The notes: a model not told the origin generated them from the sequence alone. DNA of 64,000 nucleotides from an uncultured Actinomycetes bacterium (GCA_963705545.1 CAVPJX010000004.1:207418-271417), one strand, 5' to 3'. Shown: positions 46,535 through 56,805, counted from the first letter of the stretch. Program-made: numbers and translations.

Positions 46535-47764
46535 ATGCCCATCATCGTCCAGAAGTACGGCGGCACCTCGGTCGGCACGACCGAGCGGATCGAGGCGGTG
46601 GCCGACCGGGTCGTCCGGGCCAAGGAGGACGGGTTCGACGTCCTCGTGGTCGTCTCCGCGATGGGGCAGCACACGGACGAGCTGCTCGCGATGGCCCGGA
46701 CGATCACCGAGCTTCCCGAACCGCGCGAGCTGGACATGCTGCTGACCTCCGGCGAGCGCATCGCGATGGCACTGCTCGCGATCGCGATCAACGCCCGCGG
46801 CTGCAAGGCCGCCTCCTACACCGGGTCGCAGGCCGGCATCATCACGGACAACCAGCACGGCGCCGCGAAGATCGTCGAGATCCGTCCGAAACGGATCGCG
46901 GAGGCGATCGCCGGCGGGAACGTGGTGATCCTCGCCGGCTTCCAGGGCCTATCGACGAACTACGACATCACGACGCTCGGACGGGGCGGATCCGACACGA
47001 CGGCGGTGGCGATGGCGGCGGCTCTCGGAGCCGAGATCTGCGAGATCTACACCGACGTCGACGGCGTCTACACGGCGGATCCTCGGCTCGTGACGGGGGC
47101 TCGCAAGCTCGACACGGTCTCGTACGAGGAGATGCTCGAGCTGGCCTCGTCGGGGGCGAAGGTCCTGATGTCGAGGGCCGTGGAGTACGCTCGCCGCCAC
47201 GGGGTCCGGCTGCACGTGCGGTCGTCGTTCTCGGACGAGCCCGGCACGTGGATCCGAGAGGTGGACGAGCAGGCGATGGAACAGGTGATGATCTCCGGCG
47301 TGGCGCTCGACGACGACGAGGCGAAGGTCACGCTCGATCGGGTGCCCGACCAGCCCGGCGTGGCGGCCACGGTGTTCAAGGCGATCGCCGCCGAGGGGAT
47401 CAACGTGGACATGATCGTCCAGAACGTCTCGCACGATGGAGCGACGGACCTGTCCTTCACGGCGCCGTTGGTCGATCTGCCGCGGCTGGGCGCCGTGATG
47501 GAGGGTGTCCGTCAGCAGATCGGCGCCACGAGGGTCACGATCGACGACGGTGTGGCGAAGGTCTCGCTGGTCGGCGCGGGCATGAAGAGCCATCCAGGGG
47601 TCGCGGCCGACGTCTTCGACGCGCTCGCCGCGCAGTCGATCAACATCGAGATGATCTCGACGTCGGCGATCCGTATCTCGTGCGTGATCCGCAAGGACGA
47701 CGCCGAGCGCGCGGTGCGGGCGATCCACGAGCGGTTCGAGCTCGACGCCGACGCATCGACGTGA
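46535..47764 (+). CDS. lysC: aspartate kinase
   Basis: 409 aa. MPIIVQKYGGTSV, ILAGFQG, GRGGSDTTAVA, and two C-terminal ACT domains. Confidence 0.95.
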   Translation: MPIIVQKYGGTSVGTTERIEAVADRVVRAKEDGFDVLVVVSAMGQHTDELLAMARTITELPEPRELDMLLTSGERIAMALLAIAINARGCKAASYTGSQAGIITDNQHGAAKIVEIRPKRIAEAIAGGNVVILAGFQGLSTNYDITTLGRGGSDTTAVAMAAALGAEICEIYTDVDGVYTADPRLVTGARKLDTVSYEEMLELASSGAKVLMSRAVEYARRHGVRLHVRSSFSDEPGTWIREVDEQAMEQVMISGVALDDDEAKVTLDRVPDQPGVAATVFKAIAAEGINVDMIVQNVSHDGATDLSFTAPLVDLPRLGAVMEGVRQQIGATRVTIDDGVAKVSLVGAGMKSHPGVAADVFDALAAQSINIEMISTSAIRISCVIRKDDAERAVRAIHERFELDADAST

Positions 47765-48417
47765 CCGACCTTCCCTCCCCGCCCCCGTCCGACCGGCCGT
47801 CGGTCCCGCCGCCACCGGGCGAGACGGCGCGCACGGGCGAGCCGGCGGCCTCGGTCGGTCCGTCTCCGCCGGGCGCTGAGGAGGAGGCGCCGCCGCGGTC
47901 GCGGCGCACGCTGGTCGTGGGCCTGCTCTTGGTCGCCGCCCTCGTCGGCGCGGTGATCGCGATCTGGGCCTGGCTCGCGGCCCCGGCCGTCTGCGCGGGG
48001 CGCGACGTCCGCTCGGATCGGTTCGGCTACTGCCTCGCCGCCCCCGACGGATGGCGCGTGGCCGAGGTGCCGGATCAGACGACCGACCAGCTCTTCCGCC
48101 CCGATGCCGCGACCACCCTCACGATCCAGGCCGTGCGGACCCCGGCCGACCTGGAGACGTTCGCGTCGCTCGTCCGTGAGTCCCAATCCGACGACGAGCT
48201 CCGTCCCGGGAAGGTCACGCCGGCGTCGGTCGACGGGGTCGAGGCGCTGATGTGGGACGTGGAGCTCCGCGCCGACCGTCGGCCGATCCACGCTCGGACC
48301 GTGGTGTTCGTGAGCGGTGGGGTGGGCTGGCGGGTGCAGTTCGCGGACCTCGTGGATGCGTTCGAGCAACACCGAGGGGATCTCGACGCGATCCTCGACT
48401 CCTGGCGCTTCCTCTGA
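47761..48417 (+). CDS. Pro-rich single-pass membrane protein, function unknown
   Basis: GTG 47761 overlaps the lysC stop (GTGA). Layout: Pro-rich N-terminal tail, TM helix LVVGLLLVAALVGAVIAIWAWL, ~150-aa outside domain. Confidence 0.6.
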   Translation: MTDLPSPPPSDRPSVPPPPGETARTGEPAASVGPSPPGAEEEAPPRSRRTLVVGLLLVAALVGAVIAIWAWLAAPAVCAGRDVRSDRFGYCLAAPDGWRVAEVPDQTTDQLFRPDAATTLTIQAVRTPADLETFASLVRESQSDDELRPGKVTPASVDGVEALMWDVELRADRRPIHARTVVFVSGGVGWRVQFADLVDAFEQHRGDLDAILDSWRFL

Positions 48418-48428
48418 GGACCGGCCGG

Positions 48429-48434
48429 TAGCAT
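48429..48434 (+). promoter_or_regulatory. candidate -10 hexamer TAGCAT; predicts a leaderless asd mRNA
   Basis: 7 nt upstream of ATG 48442, with no SD between them. Confidence 0.35.
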
Positions 48435-48441
48435 GGTCGCC

Positions 48442-49467
48442 ATGCAGGTAGCCGTGGTCGGCGCGACCGGCGCCGTAGGACGCGAGATGACGCGGATCCT
48501 CGAGGAGCGTGCGTTCCCCGTGGACCGGTTCCTGCCGCTCGCCTCCGCCCGTTCGGACGGCCGCATGGTGCGCTTCCAGAGCGAAGACCATGCCGTGCAG
48601 GAGCTCTCGCTCGAACGGCTCCGCGGCGTCGACGTCGCGCTGGTGTCGGCCGGCGCGACCGTGTCGCGCGCGTTCGTTCCTCAGGCGGCGGCGGCGGGAA
48701 CCGTGTGCATCGACAACTCCAGCGCGTTCCGGATGGACCCGTCCGTCCCCCTGTCGATCCCGGACGTGAACCCCGAGGCCCTCGACGGCGAGCCGATGAT
48801 CGTTGCGGTGCCGAACTGCACGACGATCACGGCGATGTTGGCCGTGGGCCCGCTCCATCGGGCCGCGGGGCTGACGTCGCTCGTGATCTCGAGCTACCAG
48901 TCGGTCTCGGGCGCAGGCTGGAAGGGCACGCGCGAGCTGATCGAACAGGTGGAGAAGCTCCACGGACGCGAGGAGGAGCTCGCGCATCCCGACCTGGACG
49001 CGCTGCCGGTCGGGGAGGTGTTCGGAAAGACGATCGCCTACAACGTGGTGGCGAAGGTCGGTGAGTTCGAGGAGGGCGGCTACACCGGCGAGGAAGCCAA
49101 GATGATGGCCGAGCCACGGAAGATCCTCGGCCTTCCCGGCCTCCCGGTCGTCGCGACCTCGGTGCGCGTCCCGGTGCCCGTCGGACACGCCGCCTCGCTC
49201 GTCGCGACGTTCACCCGGCCCATCACCCCCGACGAGGCTCGGCAGGTCCTCTCGGGCGCTCCGGGCGTGGAGCTCCGCGACGACCCTGCGAACGGGATCT
49301 ACCCGTCGCCGCTCGAGTCGGCCGGGCTCGACGTCGCGCTCGTCGGTCGGATCCGGCAGCTCGAGCACGACCCGTCGGGGCTCGCCCTGTTCAGCTGCGC
49401 CGACAACCTGCGGATCGGCGCGGCGCTCGACGCGATCCGGATCGCCGAGCGGCGCTTCGGTCGCTGA
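48442..49467 (+). CDS. asd: aspartate-semialdehyde dehydrogenase
   Basis: MQVAVVGATGAVGREM and active-site NCTT. ATG 48442 is preferred over 48433, which lies inside the -10-like hexamer. Confidence 0.9.
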   Translation: MQVAVVGATGAVGREMTRILEERAFPVDRFLPLASARSDGRMVRFQSEDHAVQELSLERLRGVDVALVSAGATVSRAFVPQAAAAGTVCIDNSSAFRMDPSVPLSIPDVNPEALDGEPMIVAVPNCTTITAMLAVGPLHRAAGLTSLVISSYQSVSGAGWKGTRELIEQVEKLHGREEELAHPDLDALPVGEVFGKTIAYNVVAKVGEFEEGGYTGEEAKMMAEPRKILGLPGLPVVATSVRVPVPVGHAASLVATFTRPITPDEARQVLSGAPGVELRDDPANGIYPSPLESAGLDVALVGRIRQLEHDPSGLALFSCADNLRIGAALDAIRIAERRFGR

Positions 49468-49489
49468 CGGACGGCGTCGGGGCGGCCGT

Positions 49490-49975
49490 TCAGTCGTCGG
49501 TCGCCGGCTCGCCGCTCGGCGCGACGTCATCGGTGAGCGACTTCACGAACCACGCGCCGTAGTCGCTCCACCGCTCGCGCCGGTAGAAGGCGAGGGTCCG
49601 CGCCCGCCATGCCGCGGTCACCAGCGACATGCGGAAGCACCCGCGCTTGCGGGCGAGCTCCTCGGCCCGGTCGAGCAACACCCGCCCGACGCCGGAGCCG
49701 CGCGCGCCCTGCGTGACCACGAGATCGTTCACGCGCGCCTGCGGCCGGTGATCGCCGAGGCGCTGGTGATACTCCATGTCCACGACCCCGACGACCCCGC
49801 CATCCGCCTCGGCGACGAGCGTCACGCTGTCGAGTCGGCGCAGGTGCCCCGCGAACTGCAGGCGGTGCGTGGCGTCCTCTGCGGTGCCCTCGGCGACGCC
49901 CCGGCCGAGCTCCACCAGGAGGCCTGCTACCGCCGCCCAATCGTCGGCGCGCGCCGGCCGGACCGACACCGTCAT
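49490..49975 (-). CDS. GNAT-family N-acetyltransferase
   Basis: 161 aa from ATG 49975. VVTQGARGSGVGRVLLDRAEELARKRG is the acetyl-CoA motif. The start overlaps the MazG-like stop (ATGA). Confidence 0.8.
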   Translation of the reverse strand: MTVSVRPARADDWAAVAGLLVELGRGVAEGTAEDATHRLQFAGHLRRLDSVTLVAEADGGVVGVVDMEYHQRLGDHRPQARVNDLVVTQGARGSGVGRVLLDRAEELARKRGCFRMSLVTAAWRARTLAFYRRERWSDYGAWFVKSLTDDVAPSGEPATDD

Positions 49976-50259
49976 CGCGGCGCGCAGCGGCACGGCCGGC
50001 CCCCGCACCTCGGGCATCCGTCGCGGTAGCGGTCCGCCGCCTCCGCGAGCTCGACACCCTCGAGGTTCGCGAGCGACGAGAGCCAGGCCAGCACGTCGCC
50101 GAACTCGTGGATGAGGTTGACACGGTCGTCGTTCCGCATCGCACGGGCCAGCTCGCCGATCTCCTCGACCAGCCATCGGAACGTGGCGTCGCGACCGCGC
50201 GCCGCGTCGCGCTCCAGGTAGGTGTCGCGCATCGCGCGCTGGAAGTCATCGATCTCCAT
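49972..50259 (-). CDS. MazG-like nucleotide pyrophosphohydrolase domain protein
   Basis: 95 aa. LVEEIGELARAM ... EFGDVLAWL are the EExxE/ExxD-type motifs of small MazG proteins. Confidence 0.7.
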   Translation of the reverse strand: MEIDDFQRAMRDTYLERDAARGRDATFRWLVEEIGELARAMRNDDRVNLIHEFGDVLAWLSSLANLEGVELAEAADRYRDGCPRCGGRPCRCAPR

Positions 50260-50324
50260 CAGGCGGCGAGTCTAGCGACGACGTCGATCCCGCTCCGGCT
50301 GTGCCGGATGCGAGCGGCCGACGA

Positions 50325-51602
50325 TCACCGCATCGAGGACGCGCCGGCCGCCTGGCGGGCCCGCTTCTTCGCGTACATCCGCTCGTCGGCGACGGCCATC
50401 AGCTGGTCGAGGGACCGCGGGTCCTCGGGGTCGAACCGCGAGACCCCCGCGGACATCGAGAGCAGGAACGGCCGATCCGGGTCGCGGTTCGAGTGGTCCA
50501 TCGATGCCTGGAGCCGACCAGCGGCGCCTTCGATCGCGGCGTCGGACTCCGCCGCGAACAGGATGCAGAACTCGTCGCCGCCCATCCGCGCGATCAGGTC
50601 GGACGCTCGGAACGTCGTCCGCAGCACGTAGGCGGTCTCGGCGATCAGCCAATCGCCGGTCGCATGTCCGAGGGTGTCGTTCACCTGCTTCAGTTCGTCG
50701 ACGTCGACGAACATCAGCGCGAGCGGTTGGTGGTTGCGTTTGGCGACCTCGAGGCGGTGCTCGGCCATCGGGACGAAGCCGCGCCGGTTCGGGAGCCGGG
50801 TGAGCGGATCGAGGGTCGCCTGACGCTGCAGCTCTCCCTGCAGCTCGACCACCCGGGTCCCGCCCTCGATCAGCGCGCTCTCCAGGCGTCCGAGCTCGTC
50901 GTCACGGGGCGCGGAGGCGAACATCGGCAAGCCGTTCTGCATGCGGTCGGCGTTCGCTTCCATCGCGCCGATCCGCGCCCCGATCCGTCGGGCGAGGAGC
51001 ACGATCAGGGCGAGCGAGATGAGGACGGCGATCGGCGTGCCGCCGACCGCGATCATGAACGAGAGGTGGCGCATCGTGTCCAGGTCCCGCCGCCGTTCCG
51101 TGAGCAGCTGGTCGGCGCGGTCCTGCATCTCGCCGAGGAGGACCCGGACGTCATCCATGGCCTGGCGACCCAGCTCGAGCTGCTCCGACAACTGCTGCTG
51201 ATCGGTCCGCTCCGTCACGGGAACGAACGGTCGCAGGCCCGACAGGAGGTGGATCCGCTCGTAGGCGAGCGGTCGGAGCCGCGCGATCCGGCCGAACTGG
51301 GAGCTGTCCGGTCCCGTGAGCGACTCGAGGGTGTCGAGGTCGCTCCCGATCCGGCCAACCCCCACGTCGTACGGGTCCAGGAAGCTGTCGTCGCCGGTCA
51401 GCAGGTACCCGCGCATCCCCGTCTCCGCGTCGATGAGGTCGTTCAAGATCGCCTGCACGGCATCCCGGATGAGGTACGCCTCCCGCTCCGCGTCGAGCGT
51501 CGCGTTCGTGCGTTGTCGGGACAGCACGAGGAGGGTCGTCGATGCGACGAGCACGACGACGGGCACGATCAGGACCGCCAGGAACTTGTTCCGAAGGCTC
51601 AC
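50325..51602 (-). CDS. CHASE3-sensor diguanylate cyclase (GGDEF)
   Basis: AGGAGGA precedes GTG 51602. Layout: TM helix, CHASE3-like region (ETGMRGYLLTGD), second TM helix, GGDEF domain with RxxD-free ARMGGDEFCILF active site. Confidence 0.85.
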   Translation of the reverse strand: MSLRNKFLAVLIVPVVVLVASTTLLVLSRQRTNATLDAEREAYLIRDAVQAILNDLIDAETGMRGYLLTGDDSFLDPYDVGVGRIGSDLDTLESLTGPDSSQFGRIARLRPLAYERIHLLSGLRPFVPVTERTDQQQLSEQLELGRQAMDDVRVLLGEMQDRADQLLTERRRDLDTMRHLSFMIAVGGTPIAVLISLALIVLLARRIGARIGAMEANADRMQNGLPMFASAPRDDELGRLESALIEGGTRVVELQGELQRQATLDPLTRLPNRRGFVPMAEHRLEVAKRNHQPLALMFVDVDELKQVNDTLGHATGDWLIAETAYVLRTTFRASDLIARMGGDEFCILFAAESDAAIEGAAGRLQASMDHSNRDPDRPFLLSMSAGVSRFDPEDPRSLDQLMAVADERMYAKKRARQAAGASSMR

Positions 51603-51686
51603 CGATCCTCCTGCTCCGACGGTTACAGGCATCGGAAGCGCGACGCGGCCCCTTGACCCGGGGTTGTCTACCGGTCGGTAGATGAC

Positions 51687-51692
51687 GATAAT
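51687..51692 (+). promoter_or_regulatory. candidate -10 hexamer GATAAT; predicts a leaderless FAR-HAD mRNA
   Basis: 7 nt upstream of ATG 51700, in a locally AT-richer stretch. Confidence 0.3.
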
Positions 51693-51699
51693 CTGCCGC

Positions 51700-53993
51700 A
51701 TGGTAGAGACGGGTCCCCGGACCGAGGGATCGATCGTCGATCGGCTCGCCGGCTCGCGCGTCCTGCTGACCGGCGTCACCGGGTTCCTCGGCCAGGTCGT
51801 GTTCGAACGGCTGCTCCGGGACTTCCCCGACACCCGGATCGTCCTGCTGGTGCGATCGCAGACCGGTTCGCCCTCGCTCGAGCGCGTCCGCTACCTGTTC
51901 CGCAAGCCGTCGTTCGACGAGCTCCGCGCGAGCGTCGGCGACGGCGGACTGTCGGCGATGCTCGACGAACGGGTGGAGGTGATCGACGGCGACTTCTCGC
52001 GCGGGGTGCCCACGCTCCCGGGCGACCTGGACGTCGCGATCCACTCGGCCGCGACCGTCTCCTTCGACCCGCCGATCGACGAAGGCTTCCAGACGAACCT
52101 GCTCGGCGCCGTGAACCTCTACCGCGGCGTGATCGATGCCGGCGCGCGTCCGAACCTCGTCCACGTCTCCACCGCCTACGTCGCGGGCGTGACGAAGGGG
52201 GTCGTGCCCGAGGCGACGCTCGATCACCGGGTCGATTGGAGGACCGAGGCGGAGCTCGCGATGCGCGCCCGGGCCGACGTCGAGGCGCAGTCGCGCAGGC
52301 CCGAGATGCTCGGCGCCTTCATGGAGCGGGCGCGCAAGGAGCACTCGCGCGCCGGGCCGATGACCGTCGCCGAGGACGCCGAGCAGCGCCGGAAGGACTG
52401 GGTGAGCACCCGGTTGACGGAGTACGGACGCGCCCGCGCTCGCTCGCTCGGTTGGCCCGACGTGTACACGTTCACGAAGGCGATGGGCGAGCGCGCCGTC
52501 GAGGAGCTCGCCGAGGCGGAGGGACTGTCGCTCTCGATCGTGCGGCCCTCGATCATCGAGAGCGCCCTGCTCCACCCGGCTCCGGGCTGGATCGACGGCT
52601 TCAAGATGGCCGACCCGATCATCCGGGCCTACGGCCTCGGGCAGATCCCGGAGTTCCCCGGCATCCCGGAGGGGATCGTCGACATCATCCCGGTCGATAT
52701 GGTCGTGAACGCGATCCTGGCGGTCGCGGCCACGCCGCCGGACCCGGGCCGAGCCCGGCACTTCCACGTCAGCTCCGGGTCCCGGAACCCGTTGCAGTTC
52801 CATCAGCTGTACGCGATCACGCGCGAGTACTTCGAGGCGCACCCGTTGCCCGAGCGCGGCCGCGGGGAGCACAAGGTCCCGGAGTGGACGTTCCCCGGGA
52901 CGCTCACGGTCGAGCGGATGATCCGCCGGGCCGAACGGCTGACGGACGTGGCCGAGAAGGTCGTGACGCACCTGCCGAAGTCCAAGGCGATGCGTGACGC
53001 GGTGGCGCGCGTGGACCGGGACAAGGCGCGCGTCGACTTCGTGAAGCGCTACTCGGACCTGTACGGCGCCTACACCGAGGCCGAGGTGATCTACACCGAC
53101 GACCGGATGCTCGAGCTGTTCGAGTCGCTCTCGGTCGAGGACCGAGCGCGGTTCCCGTTCGACTCGGCGATGGTCGACTGGAAGTACTACCTGCAGGACG
53201 TCCATTGCCCGGCGGTGACGCAGAGCCTGCGGGAGCTCTCGCGGCGGGGGCGTGAGAAGCCGAGCGTGCAGATCCGCGAGCAGGAGGAGCCGGTCGTCGC
53301 GGTATTCGACATGGAGGGCACGATCATCACCTCGAACGTGGTCGAGTCCTACGTCTGGTCGCGGATGGGAGACCTGCCACCCGACGGAGTGGCCCTCCGA
53401 GCTCGTGAGCGTCTTCGGGCGGATCCCGCGGTACCTGCAGATCGACCGGCGCGACCGCGGGGAGTTCCTGCGGACGTTCTTCCGCCGGTACGAGGGCGCG
53501 AGCGTCGCAGGGGATCGAGCGTCTGATCGATCATCACGTCGGCGAGTTCATGCTCCAGAAGGCGAGCGCCGCCGCGATCCGGCGGATCCGTGAGCACCGG
53601 GCCGCGGGGCACCGCACGGTGCTGATCACCGCCGCGGCCGAGATCTTCGTCCGGCCGCTCGCGCCGCTCTTCGACCTGGTGATCGGATGCGAGCTGGAGG
53701 AGCGGGACGGCCGCTACACCGGGTTCATGTCGACGCCGCCCCTCGTCGGCGAGGCCCGCGCAGCCTGGTTGCGCCGCTACGCGGAGCAGGAGGGCGTCGA
53801 CCTGAAGGGGTCCTACGGCTATGCCGACTCCTACTCCGACCTGCCGCTGCTCCGCGCCGTGGGCAATCCCGTGGCCGTCTCGCCGGACTCCGCGCTGTAC
53901 CGCCACGCGCGGCGCCGACGGTGGCCGATCGAGGAGTGGGAGATGTCGAAGGGCATGCCCCGCGTCCGCTTCCCGAAGGCGGCGGTGCGCTGA
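51700..53993 (+). pseudogene. fatty acyl-CoA reductase (NAD_binding_4) fused to a HAD-IB phosphatase-like domain; two frameshifts as sequenced (extra nt in CCC 53380-53382 and in GGGG 53510-53513)
   Basis: LLTGVTGFLGQVVFERLL and YTFTKAMGE (YxxxK). HAD motif I VAVFDMEGTI. The sequence ...YVWSRMGDLP(P) continues as TEWPSELVSVFGRIPRYLQIDRRDRGEFLRTFFRRYEGASVAG in the +1 frame, then IERLIDHHVGEFMLQKASAAAIRR...YADSYSDLPLL in the next +1 frame. Length 2294 nt = 3n+2. ATG 51682 is an alternative start. Confidence 0.8.
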
Positions 53994-55201
53994 TGGCGCT
54001 GTCGCTCGAGCTGTTCCGATCGGCGCCGCGGTACCTGACCGCGCGTGCGGTCGGGTCGAAGGTCCCGGGGCTCGTCGCGGGGCCGCTCGCGCCCATCCGT
54101 CTCGCGAACCTCCGCGACCCCGTGCCGCCGCGCGAGGGGTGGGCCCGCGTGAAGCCGCTCCTGTCCGGGATCTGCGGCTCGGACCTCGCGACGCTCGCCG
54201 GGCGGTCGTCCTTCTACTTCTCGCCCCTCGTCTCCATGCCGTTCGTGCCGGGGCACGAGGTGGTCGGCGAGCTCCTCGACGCCGTCGACGGGTTCCGCAC
54301 GGGTCAGCGCGTCGTGCTCTCGTCGGTGCTGGCCTGCGCCGCCCGCGGTGAGGTTCCTCCCTGCGCGAACTGCGCCGCGGGCGATGTGGGGCGGTGCGAC
54401 CGCGTGACGGTCGGCGAGCTGAGGGCGGGGCTGCAGACCGGCTACTGCGCCGACGTGACCGGCGGATGGAGCCGGATGATGCTCGCCCACCGTTCCCAGC
54501 TGGTCGCGGTGCCGGACGCGATCGACGATCGCTCCGCCGTCTTGATCGAGCCGCTCGCCTGCGCGATCCATGCCGCCCTGCGCGCGAACATCCAGCCGGG
54601 ATCGTCGGTGTTCGTCGTCGGCGCCGGGACCGTCGGGATCCTCACGCTGATCGCGGTCAAGATGCTGACCGAGGCCGCCCACGTGACGGTGGCGGCCAAG
54701 CACACGCGTCAGCGCGCCGCCGCGAAGCTGGCCGGTGCCGACGTCGTGATCCCGCCCGAGCACGCCGTGAAGGCGGTGCGGCGGTCGGCGCACGCGGTCA
54801 AGCTCTCGCCCGAGCGCGGCCCGGACTTCCTGCTCGGCGGCGTGGACGTGGCGATCGAGTGCACCGGTTCGAAGAGCGCCCTCGACCTCGCCCTGCGGAC
54901 CACGCGCGCGGGCGGCCGGGTCGTCGTCTCCGGCATCCCGGGGCCCGGCGCCGACCTGACGCCGCTGTGGTTCCGCGAGCTCGAGCTCGCCGGCGCCTAC
55001 ACCGGCGGCACCGAGCGGATCGAGGGCGCCGAGCGGCGTACGTTCGACCTGGCGGTCGACCTGGCGGCGGGCCTGCCGATCCTGGAGCAGTTGGTGGGGG
55101 CGACCTACCCGCTGGACCGCTGGCGCGAGGCGCTCGACCACGCGATGGGCGCCGGCCGGCTGGGGACGTTCAAGGTGGCGTTCGCGCCACAGGAGAGCTG
55201 A
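53993..55201 (+). CDS. zinc-dependent MDR-family alcohol dehydrogenase
   Basis: 402 aa. ICGSDL, VPGHEVVGE, structural-zinc Cys cluster CANCAAGDVGRC, and Rossmann VFVVGAGTVG. The start overlaps the upstream stop (TGATG). Confidence 0.85.
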   Translation: MALSLELFRSAPRYLTARAVGSKVPGLVAGPLAPIRLANLRDPVPPREGWARVKPLLSGICGSDLATLAGRSSFYFSPLVSMPFVPGHEVVGELLDAVDGFRTGQRVVLSSVLACAARGEVPPCANCAAGDVGRCDRVTVGELRAGLQTGYCADVTGGWSRMMLAHRSQLVAVPDAIDDRSAVLIEPLACAIHAALRANIQPGSSVFVVGAGTVGILTLIAVKMLTEAAHVTVAAKHTRQRAAAKLAGADVVIPPEHAVKAVRRSAHAVKLSPERGPDFLLGGVDVAIECTGSKSALDLALRTTRAGGRVVVSGIPGPGADLTPLWFRELELAGAYTGGTERIEGAERRTFDLAVDLAAGLPILEQLVGATYPLDRWREALDHAMGAGRLGTFKVAFAPQES

Positions 55202-55217
55202 AGGAGCGAGACGACCG

Positions 55218-56805
55218 ATGCCGAGGCCCGGATTCGTGTTGGAGGTCGACGAACGGACCCCGCCCCTGTTGGTGAACGAGGGCGAGGGATACCGGATGCA
55301 GCGGTTCCCGCTGGGATCCCGCGTGGTCTATCCGCCCGACGCGCTCCCGGGGATCCGCGACCTGAACGCCGCGATCCGACAGGCCCTGCTGCATCCGATC
55401 GACACGGAGCCACTCCCGGAGCTCCTGGTACGCGGGCATGAAGCTCACGATCGCGATCGACGACATCTCGGTCCCGCTGCCGCCGATGCGGACGCCCGAC
55501 ATCCGTCAGCGGATCATCGAGCACGTCGTCGAGCTGGCCGCGCGCGCCGGCGTCGAAGACGTGAAGCTGATCGTGGCGAACGCGCTCCACCGGAGGATGA
55601 CCGCCGACGAGATCCGCCGGATGGTCGGCGAGCGGATCTTCCGGTCGTTCTGGCCGAAGGATCTGGGGAACTTCGACGCGGAGGACCGCGATACCCTCCT
55701 CGAGATCGGCAAGACCGACGAGGGCGAGATCGTCGAGATCTCGAAGCGTGCGGCCGAATCGGACCTGATCGTCTACGTCAACGTGAACCTGGTCGCGATG
55801 GACGGCGGCCACAAGTCCGTCGCGATCGGCCTCGCCGGGTACCGGTCGCTGAGGTACCACCACAACGTGCACACGATGTTGCACTCGCGCTCCTACATGG
55901 ACCCGCGTCCCGGCCACAGCGCGATCGCGGACTCGGCGACGCGCATGGGGCGCCTGCTGCGCGACAGCGGCGTGAAGATCTTCCAGATCGAGACCACGGT
56001 CAACGGCGAGACGTTCCCGTCGAACCTCGGCTTCCTGAACAAGCGTGAGTGGGAGTGGTCGAGCTTCGACCAGGGGCTGATGATGGCCGCGAAGAAGACG
56101 AACGACCTCGCGCCGCCGCGCGTCCGCCGCGAGTTCTACCGGCGGATCCAGGCGCCGTACCGGGTGACCGGGATCAACGCCGGCGAGGTGGAGGCCGTCC
56201 ACGAGCGGACCCTCACGAACCTACACCGCCAGCAGCTGGTCGAGGTCCAGGGCCAGTCCGACGTCGTCGTCTTCGGCGTGCCGTACCTGGGTCCGTACAA
56301 CGTGAACTCGGTGATGAATCCGATCCTGGTTCACTGCCTGGGCCTCGGGTACCTGTTCAACATGTACCGGAACCAGCCGCTCGTGAAGCCGGGCGGCGTC
56401 GCGATCCTGTTCCACCCGGTGCCGTGGGAGTTCCACCAGATCCATCACCCGAGCTACATCGACTTCTTCGAAGAGGTGCTGCGCGACTCCACCGATCCGG
56501 CCACGATCGAGTCGAAGCACGAGGAGCGGTACGCGACCGACCCCTGGTACATCCACCTGTACCGGACGAGCCACGCGTACCACGGGGTGCACCCGTTCTA
56601 CATGTGGTACTGGGGCGCGCACGGCCGCGATCACTGCGGCGACGTGATCTTCGTCGGCGGTGATCCGAAGGCGGTGGCGCGCCTCGGGTATCGCCGCGCC
56701 GACTCGCTCCGCGACGCGCTCGAGATGGCGAAGGACACGGTCGGATCGAGCCCCTCGATCACGTATTTCCACGCGCCGCCGCTGATGATCGCCGACGTGG
56801 TCTGA
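55218..56805 (+). pseudogene. LarA-like (lactate racemase N-terminal domain / DUF2088) protein, frameshifted as sequenced (extra G in GGG 55434-55436)
   Basis: The frame of ATG 55218 reads ...HPIDTEPLPELLVRG. The +1 frame continues MKLTIAIDDISVPLPP... (ORF 55438..56805). Length 1588 nt = 3n+1. The family call comes from overall resemblance, from memory, not from a search. Confidence 0.55.

Noticed and set aside
48433-48441. ATG 48433 as the asd start
   Set aside because: It lies inside the TAGCAT -10-like hexamer. ATG 48442 gives the canonical MQVAVVGATGAVG N-terminus.
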